DNA of 64,000 nucleotides from the human T2T-CHM13v2.0 reference genome, Homo sapiens, in NCBI RefSeq assembly GCF_009914755.1, contig NC_060941.1; one strand, given 5' to 3'. The notes beneath the pieces were generated by a model. It saw only the letters and a program-made list of their open reading frames with translations, was not told the origin of the DNA and did not search any database. Shown here piece by piece: positions 55,575 through 64,000 of this stretch. The position numbers and the translations under genes were made by a program. Every line of letters begins with the position of its first letter. The stretch's first letter is position 1.

Positions 55575-57529
55575 TTCTATCTCACAATTCCTTTCCTATC
55601 CTTCTATGCATGGTCTTTAATAGCTACACCCCATTCCATTGGGTGGCTGTATTTGATTCCTTTATTCTGTACTTTCGGACATCCAAGTTGTTTTCAGATT
55701 TTTACTTTTTTAATATGATGCTTCAGAGAACATTCCTGGAAGTAATGTTGCCAGTGCAGAGGTGCAAGCATGTTTGAGACAGCTGATAGTTACCTCTGTC
55801 CAGAACTGGCTCACTCCCAACAGCAGCAGGAGGCACCCAGGGTCTCTCACTTTCCTTTCAATTTTCCTTTCTCCACATCCTACCCCCAGATTTGTCTGAC
55901 TTTTCCAGAGGCTATTGAGAGAAGCTTTTTGAGTGAGGCACCACACAGATGTTTAAGACTAAGTTTGTGGTCTTTGAGAACCGAGGTAGCCTGACCCATT
56001 GGAAGCCTGCAGATAATTGAAAAAATCTTATTTTAGATCCTGTGTCATTCTTCTGCTATCAAACCAGAGCCAGCAGCAAAGGAAGCTGGGGGTGATGGGC
56101 CTTCATCCACCTGCCATGTTGCCTCCCTGCGCTGCTTCTGCCAAGAGTGGGCTGCTGGGGGTGTCCTGCTGGGGCCAGGCACCAGGGTTCCAATGCCAAG
56201 TAGTGGCATTCACGCACCTTTTGATAAGCGAGGAAACCGCTGGCAGCAGGAAGAAAGGTAAAGCAGCTCCAGGGAGCTCAGCGCTCAGCCTCAACCTCTT
56301 TCCCCAGAACCTGCGCCTGCCCACTCCACCTCCAAGGCCCCTCACTCTCCACCACCCATTTGGCCTTTTGGAATTGGGACTGGAATTGTTTCCAGCTCCA
56401 GAAGGCCCCTGCCTGCCTAATTCCCATGTCTCTAAAAATATCTGCAAGCCTCTTCCCACCCAGGCCTGTCCCCACAGAGCCCACTTCTCTCCCCCGACCC
56501 TCGGCTAGGGGAGGAAATGAGATCTCCCTCTCTTGACAGGATTAGAACGGAATAAATACGAAAGGCTGAGTTTCCAGAGTTGAAAGGGTAGGGCTGCCTT
56601 TGTCGGGTCCGGAGGGCTGGCGTGGCATCGGTGCAGGCCCACACTCGGAGGAGGGAATCCAGGAGAAAGAAGGAAGGGGAAAAGAGCAAGAACCCCTTTC
56701 TCCCCTCTGCATATGGGATGGCCAAGAGAAGCCAGGCCCTGCTGTGGGTCCCCGGTGGGAAAGAAGCTGGCTCCCAGGGCTCCCAAGCCCCAGCCACGCC
56801 TGGTCAGCACAGGCAAAAGGAGTCTGTGGGAAGCCTCCAACCTCCAGGCTGCCTGAGGCCCCTGGAGCTTTCTCAGGCATTCCTAGATTGGGACAGAGCC
56901 TCAGACCCCTCCCTGCCCCACCCCCCAGCATTGGATGCCTGCCTAATAGAGGCTTTATTTATCTCCACATTTTCCCAGCTCTGTATAAAGAGACAAGCAC
57001 GTGGGTGAGGCCTACAGATATTCCAAAAGCAGGGGGTAGTGGGGTGGGGGATGAAGAATACGCAAGGATCTGCTTCCACCATCCCCTAGAGGGGCTTTGG
57101 AGGGAGGAGGGTGGGCTAGGGCAAAGGGTCGATGTGCAAAAGGCTTCTTTTCTTTCATTTTCCCCTACTCAGAAACCCAAAAATAGCCATGTCAAAGGCA
57201 CATACATTGCAAATAGCAGCCGAGAAGAGCCAGCTGAAAGCCATTTGCTTCTCCCTCCCTCCTCCCTGGACACACTCCCCTTCCTCTGCAGTCCCCTTCT
57301 TTCCAGGCTCTTGCTGGGCCAACCAGTCCTGCAGCCTTGTAGGGTCCAGCACCTCCCTATAGGGTTACTGAGTTGCATCTAAATTCACTTAATAGGCGGT
57401 CACAGCTTTTTGTGAAAACCCATGAGGAAATGTGAAAAGTCCTCCTTTGGTTCACTTTTCTTGCAACTTTGAATTTTCCTACTAAGAGTCCTTAAAGTGA
57501 AGCAAACCTGTAGCTAAAATGTAGACAAG

Positions 57530-57806
57530 AGCCAGGCACAGTGACTCAGGAGGCCAAAGTGGGAGAGTCAGTTGAGGCCAGGAGTTCAAGACCAGCCTGG
57601 GCAACATAGCAAGACCGCTGTCTCTACAAAAATTTTGAAAATTAGCTGGATGTGGTGGTGCATACCTATAGTCCTAGCTACTTGGGAGGCTGAGGCCAGA
57701 GGATCGCTTGAGCCTGGGAGTTGGAGGCTGCAGTGAGCCTTGATTGCACCACTGCAGTCTAGCCTGGGAGACAGACAGGGAGACCCCATCTCTTTTTTAA
57801 AAAAAA
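57530..57806 (+). mobile_element. AluJ with a left-arm deletion
   Basis: TSD aaaatgtagacaa at 57516-57528 and 57803-57815. Confidence 0.9.
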
Positions 57807-58536
57807 TGTAGACAATAAAAAATATATAAAGATTGGATTTGATCTCAAGTCAAGAGGAGTGGTCATATGCAAGAGAGTAGATGCCATGAAAATGGTCTGC
57901 TGTCCCAAGTGTTTTTCCCAATTATAAAACTAACATATGTCTTGTACAAATTTTGTAAAAATTATACATTTTGTGAAAATAGGTAAGCACAAAGATCAAA
58001 AGATGTTTTCCAGGAAGAATCAGATGGGACATCTCCACCTGATGTCACTCGTGGCAGGCAAGGGGACACTTATCCTTGTGTGGTGGTCTCCTCCTGGGAT
58101 GGCGCTGGGTGGGGAGGCCCACCTTTTGGAGGTCCTTTGGTGGCTCTGACCAGGCTCCACCCTGCACTATAGCTGTCCTGGACGGAGGGTTGAATAGAAG
58201 GGTACAGATTTAGAATTGACTTGGAAACACGTTAATTTGGAAGCCTACCTTCCCCATTCCAAAGAGATTCTGACTTGAGATCCAAGGTTTCCAGAGCGCC
58301 TCAATGCCCTTCCTGAATCACCAAGTTCAGTCTGGCTTGGAGAGCATGGCACGGCTGACCCAGTGAGTCCAGGGTACAGAGGCCAGACTCACAGCTCATT
58401 TCAAGCTGGGCTTTTTCCCCCTTGTCGAACCAGTCAAAACAAACGAAATTGGATTAGTCTGTCTTCAAGCACTTTGTCAGAAAATACATGAATTGGTGTG
58501 TGTGTGTGTGTATTTCAGTTCTGCCATCTGTTGGCT

Positions 58537-58978
58537 CAGGGGTCCCCAGTGCCCAGGCAGGTCCATGGCTTATTAGGAACTGGGCTGCACAGCAGGAGGT
58601 GAGTGGCAGGCGAGCTAGCATTACTGCCTGAGCTCCACCTCTTTCAGCATTAGATTTTCATAGGAGCGTGAAGCCAGTTCTGAACTGCACATGCAAGGGG
58701 TCTAGGTTGTGTGCTCCTTATGAGAGTCTAATGCCTGATGATCTGTTACTGTCTCCCATCACCCTCAGATGGCACCATCTAGTTGCAGGAAAACAAGCTC
58801 AGGGCTCCCACTGATTGATTCTACATTATGGTGAGTATGTAATAATAATAGAAATAAAGTGCACAGTAAATGTAATGCGCTTAAATAATCCTGAAACCAT
58901 CCATCCATTCCCTGTGGCCCTGGAAAAACTGCCTTCCACAAAAGTGGTCCTTGGTACCAAAAAGTTTGGGGACCACTG
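58537..58978 (+). mobile_element. MER1A (Charlie3 derivative) inserted in a MIR
   Basis: caggggtcccca ... tttggggaccactg; internal catctagttgcaggaaaacaagctcagggctcccactgatt. The MIR core resumes at ~58987. Confidence 0.85.
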
Positions 58979-59337
58979 CATTAGCTAACCTTGAACAGTT
59001 TTGCAATCTCACTAAACCTAAATTTCCTCATCTGTAGAATGGGGAGAATAAGAACAGTTTTTTAGGATGACTGTGGATTTAAACCAGAACTCAGTGGAGC
59101 GCTATATCCTGTCTTCTCTGCCACCCTTCTGCTTCACTCAGGGAATTTATCTTAAGAGTTGGGGAGAAGGCAGGGGAACCTTCTGCCATGTCCTGCTATG
59201 CTTGTGTGGCCCTCTGAGCAAGGGAGAGCCTTGCTTCACCCTCAATAAAGTATCTTCCTGGTCTCAGGCCCAGTGACACCTGCCAACTGGTTAAGAAGCA
59301 GAGTTTAACATTTCAGTAATGTTATATCCGGATATTA

Positions 59338-59670
<333 letters not shown>

Positions 59671-60100
59671 ATATATATATAGTTACTTCAAAGAAAAACC
59701 TTCAGCAACATTAAACAGTAGTGTAGACAGCAGTGAGGACTTCAGTTGTGTATATATTTTCCTGCCTGGGGAATTGTTTCCTGAGGGTAGAGTTCTAGAA
59801 ATAGAATGGAAAAGGCCCGTAGGGTAGGTACTGCTGTGGCTCCTGTGGCAGGTTTGCAGACTGCTCAGGCAGCTGCAGTTCAAGTGCCCTTTCCAGGCCA
59901 TGGGCTGCCTTCAAGCCATGCCCAGAAAGCCTGCCTGCCTTGGCTCTACATCCTGATGTCCAGGAGGTCAGGCTTGGCCTAAAAGAGGGCTGGCTTACCC
60001 TTGGCTCAAATGTCACCCGCAGGGAGCTGGGGGCTGAGGAAGAGGAAACGTCCAGGTGGGTGTAGTCCTCTGGCTTCTAGGCTTTCCTTTCCTATCTTCA

Positions 60101-60251
60101 TTTTTTTTTTTAATTTTTTTTATTTTTTAAAAATAGAGACAGGATCTCCCTATGTTGCCCAGGCTGGTCCCAAACTCCTGGACTCAAGCAATCCTCCTGC
60201 CTCGGCCTCCCAAAACGCTGGAATTACAGGCATGAGCCACCGCACCCAGCC
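60101..60251 (-). mobile_element. FLAM_C-like Alu left monomer
   Basis: tagagacaggatctccctatgttgcccaggctggtc...gagccaccgcacccagcc. Confidence 0.85.
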
Positions 60252-61164
60252 TCCCTTCCTGTCTTTATGGGCCACTCCTGTCTGCGTTACCCATAGTCAA
60301 GGCCAGGCCTTGGGCCAGGAAGGGGGCTATACCATCAGCTCCCCAAGTGTACAAGGCCCTTGCCTCTCCTTTGGCCTACATGAGCACCTGCCTTGTACTC
60401 TATGTTGTGCCAGGCATTGTGGGAGATGCCAAGAAAGCCAATCCCTCTGCTGCCCCTTCAGTGCTGAGACACCTGGGCCTCCAAAGGGCTGGTGCAGTGC
60501 GGAGCTGTCAGGCTTTCTTCTCTGCCAGGTCATTGTGATGGGGCAGGTGATCGTCAGGGCACGTGTGGAGTGTGCGAGCAGGTCCACCCATGACTAGTGG
60601 AGCAGCCTTGGCTAAGCCACTTTCTCACCTGTGCAGTGGTGACAGCCCCCTCCTCAGGGTCATTAAGGAGGTAGTGAGATGGCCATGTCTCATGTCCCAT
60701 GCGCTTGGTATACACACCCCCAAGAGAGGCCAGGCCTGGGCTGACACAGGTACCCCTCACTCTGTGGCCCAGGTGGCATCTGCTGGCAGCACACCCACCC
60801 TCCCTGTCTTCTGCAGTTCCAGCCCAGCTAGTGGACACCTGTCCACAGAGGACTCTGAAGGAAACATCTGAAAGGTTAGGGCCCTGCTGGGCAACGTTGA
60901 GGTCGACACTGTGGACAGGCAGCTCCATGTAATTCTTCTTCCTGCCCTTACCCAGCCAAACCTGCACCCTTCTGGGGGTGGACCTCTGTTTGTCCCGTTT
61001 GTAACCACTTCTGTCTGGCATGGGCTCCAAGAGTTGATGCTGCATGCAGGCCTCATGTACTTTGACACAAGTGTGAGAGTGCTGGGGGTTGGAAGACTCA
61101 TGTGTGCCAGCCTCCAGGTACAGCTAGCCTGTTTCCTCCATGCCAAGGCCTTGTCTCCCTTGAG

Positions 61165-61325
61165 GCAGAGTGGTGTGGTGGAGCGAGTACTGGACTAAGT
61201 CAGAAGGCCCAGGCAGTTCAGGCAGCCACAGATTAAGTCACTTCCACTCTGGCCATGGGGTCTTTGTAAGATGAGGAGGTTATGTCAGATGCGCTCTGGT
61301 GAAAGTATGGAAAAAAGCATTGGTG
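61165..61325 (+). mobile_element. MIR
   Basis: ggcagagtggtgtggtggagcgagtactggact...aagtcacttcc...tgtaagatgagg. Confidence 0.55.
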
Positions 61326-62139
61326 ACGTGTGGAGCTAAGGAGGTCAGGCTTGTCACCAGGAGCTGGCCCTGTCCCCAGCCATGTGTCCCCATCAGCACT
61401 GCTGGGAAAGCAGCTCAGACCCCAGGGCCGGCAGCCGTGAGGGTATCTTGCAGTGGCTCTTTGGGAGCAGCGGCTGCTATTTTTAGTAAGCTGCCTAATT
61501 GGAGGTCCTGGTGGAGCTTAACCAGCTCACCTTGTGCTTTGATCCTTCTGTTTGGCCTTCTCTTTTTACGTGGAAAGAGCTGAAGTTCATGCCCTGACCA
61601 AAGCAGATTTGTTTTTGCAGGAGACGGAGGCTTTTGCTGTTAAAAAAAACTGCCCCTTCCCAGGCCCCTGCTCTGTCTCTTAAGTAATTTCCAGTGGGTT
61701 GTCAGCATTGATGTTGGTTCCTTCCTAATAAGATCTCCCCCTTTTATCTGCTATATCAGGACATCAGGGGTGGGGGCTGAAAAGAGTATTGAAAAAGATG
61801 GAAGCATTACTCTCTGCAGGAAAACAGATTGGTTTTAAAAATGCTGTCCTACATCCTGCCTCAGATGATGGCCCTTCGCACATGATTTCTCTCACTTTTG
61901 ATGCCCTCACTTTATTTTAAGCCGAAGAACCAAACCTTCGAGTAAAGCCTCTTTGTTCCTTTTTAGCAGTGAGATATCTCCTAGGATGGGAGACCAGGTG
62001 TTTTCTCGGGAACAGTCATCATTTAGCTTTTTCCCAAAGGAAAGGAACTCTGTGTGTCCCTGGTGGCTCTGGGAATGGCGTGTGAGCCCATTTCCTCAGG
62101 AGTAAAACTAAGATGGTAATGAATAATGTCTGTTTGATT

Positions 62140-62275
62140 TGTGTCAGATATTCATGTGACACAGACACTAAGTGCTCGTAAACACTCTCAGTTAATTCTT
62201 GTGACAGCCTTTAGGGAATAGGCCTCATGCTTACCTCCATTATACAGATGAGGAAAACTGAGGCCTAGAGAGTCT
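62140..62275 (-). mobile_element. MIR
   Basis: ccattatacagatgaggaaaactgaggcctagagag. Confidence 0.7.
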
Positions 62276-64000
62276 GAGTCGTCCCACTGCTATGTGACCA
62301 TGTGCCTGCACCATCTAACATGGTGCCAGCGCTCCTGATGTGTGGACGTGAGTGTCTGTTTTCTGGATGTGCATACAGCAGTGTACCAGGCTGCATGACC
62401 GTGGGGTGCTGCTGCATAGAACCTTTGGCCATGAGCGAGTTTTTGGTGAACTAACAGAATTCATTGTCCCCTTCCTGGTAGAGAATTGCTTCTGTGTCCT
62501 GAGGAGATGTGGCATGAAGGGTGGGCAAGGATTGTTCCTGCCAGCTGGGTGGCCGTGTCTTTCATCCTTCCTTCCTCCCGACCAGTCCACGGCTGTGTTC
62601 AAGCCTGGTGGGGAGCCGTGAAGGCAGAACCGTTTCTCCGTCCTTCCTTTTGTCCCTGTCACCTTCCCCTGGCTGCTAGCAGAGTACCTGTCCTGTGTCA
62701 CAGAGAGACAGAGCCCCAATTGTTTTCTTTCCGCTGCGTCTGCTCCTTGCCTCCCCCTCAGCCACCCACGAGGTCTCAGTGCTGTGCCAGCTAGCTTGCT
62801 GCAGGGAGCCGCTGCCTCCCTTCGGAGCACCCACGCTTCCAGTCTCCCTTCCATCTTTCATAAAAGCATGGGCCTGTGGCTCAGTGGTATGGGCCACCAG
62901 CTTTGTCCTTAAGACCCCTCTTCATTATTTCCCTGAGCCCACTCTGGGGCCCAGTGTGGGCACTTGTTCAGGTTTCTCTGTTGGGATTCTTCTTGGTTTA
63001 GGGAGGGTGGTTGGCATGTGGTGGAGTTGAGAGGGGCCTTGTTGCTTCCAGGTGCTTTGGTAGAGTGGTCCCAGGTATCCACTGGGCGTGTTTGCTGCTT
63101 TCTCCTGTCTTCCCTGTCACAGTCCACTTTAGGGTTATATAAACCACACACAGAAGCCTACAAATAGACTTTTGTTGTTCATCCTCAAGTAGGCACTAAT
63201 TCCATTCGATGGAACCTGGGATGGGCATCGCTTTCTCCCAGGGCAGGGAGCACTGCCTGCTGTCCCACAGCATGTCTCACCCACCCTCGTGGTGGGGCAG
63301 GTCGAGGGCCCAACAGGGATGCTCTTGGGCTTTTTCACTGCAGGCCTCAGCCAGCACCCCCAGGCAGCCCCTGTTGCTGCTCTCTGGCCAACAGTCTCCT
63401 AAGAGTCCAGGGTTGCCCATTGCTATTGTGGGGTCACATATCTTTCTACATCCATACTCCTAGGGAGGCGGAGTCGGTCTTGAAACTGGGTGGGGACCCC
63501 TCCATTCCCCCGTGCTCCTCTTGACTGGGGCAGTACTGTTCTCGCCCCCTAAGAAGGAGGTAGAGGTGAGGTCCCTGTTCACCTTGTCTTGGAGACCAGT
63601 CAAGACAGGAAAGCTCTCACCTCAGAGATGGATGGGTCCCTTGGCCACTGAGTCAGGCCACTGAGGCAGAGGAGGGCAGGCAGTCACTCACTGGTGGTGG
63701 TGTGAGAGACGCTGTCTCTGATTATCCGACGTCCTGTAATGAGATACTTTTCAGTGAGGGCTGTTCCCTGGAAACAGTGTGACTCCAGGACTATGGGAAG
63801 GGGGTCTGATTTGGGCCCTAATTCCAGCTCAGCCATTACCAGCCTGGTGGCCTAGGCAGGGCCTTCCTTTCAAGGATTTGATCTTTATAATAGTTTTGAT
63901 CTTTATTTAGGGTTAGGATTAGGTTAAGGTTTTGATCTTTAAAATAGTTTTTCCTACCCCATATAGGACATCTGCCACTCAAAGGGAGGCATGTTAAAGA

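Noticed and set aside
56600-57382. 260-aa plus-strand ORF, the longest in the window
   Set aside because: Starts at TTG, composition typical of GC-rich non-coding DNA, no recognisable family. A BLASTP or PhyloCSF signal would be needed to revive it.

Overview
Primate (most likely human) genomic DNA containing the 5' part of MPRIP (myosin phosphatase Rho-interacting protein, M-RIP/p116Rip; from memory at 17p11.2 in human) on the + strand. It holds a CpG-island promoter, coding exon 1 (933-1055), a 32.7 kb intron 1, exons 2 and 3 (33785-33862, 36086-36151; start of the first PH domain) and the first ~28 kb of intron 3. All three introns are phase 0. The rest is intronic and rich in Alu, old L1, L2/MIR, hAT (MER58, MER33, MER20, MER1A, Charlie1), Tigger (MER6, MER44, MER47) and MLT1 elements, plus a 38-bp G-rich VNTR. 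No other protein-coding gene is supported; the other ORFs in the track look like noise or repeat remnants. The strongest leads concern non-canonical outputs of this gene: (1) a transposon-derived candidate terminal exon in intron 1 that would give a 63-aa protein carrying only the exon-1 Cys/His module; (2) a second stop-containing cryptic exon in intron 3; (3) an exon 2-3 circle that would be a stop-free 48-codon ORF with a good start codon created at the back-splice junction; (4) splice signals for divergent and antisense transcripts; (5) a locally templated 100-bp insertion inside a MER58 element. These are inferences that need RNA data. Repeat family names come from recalled consensus sequences and repeat boundaries are approximate.
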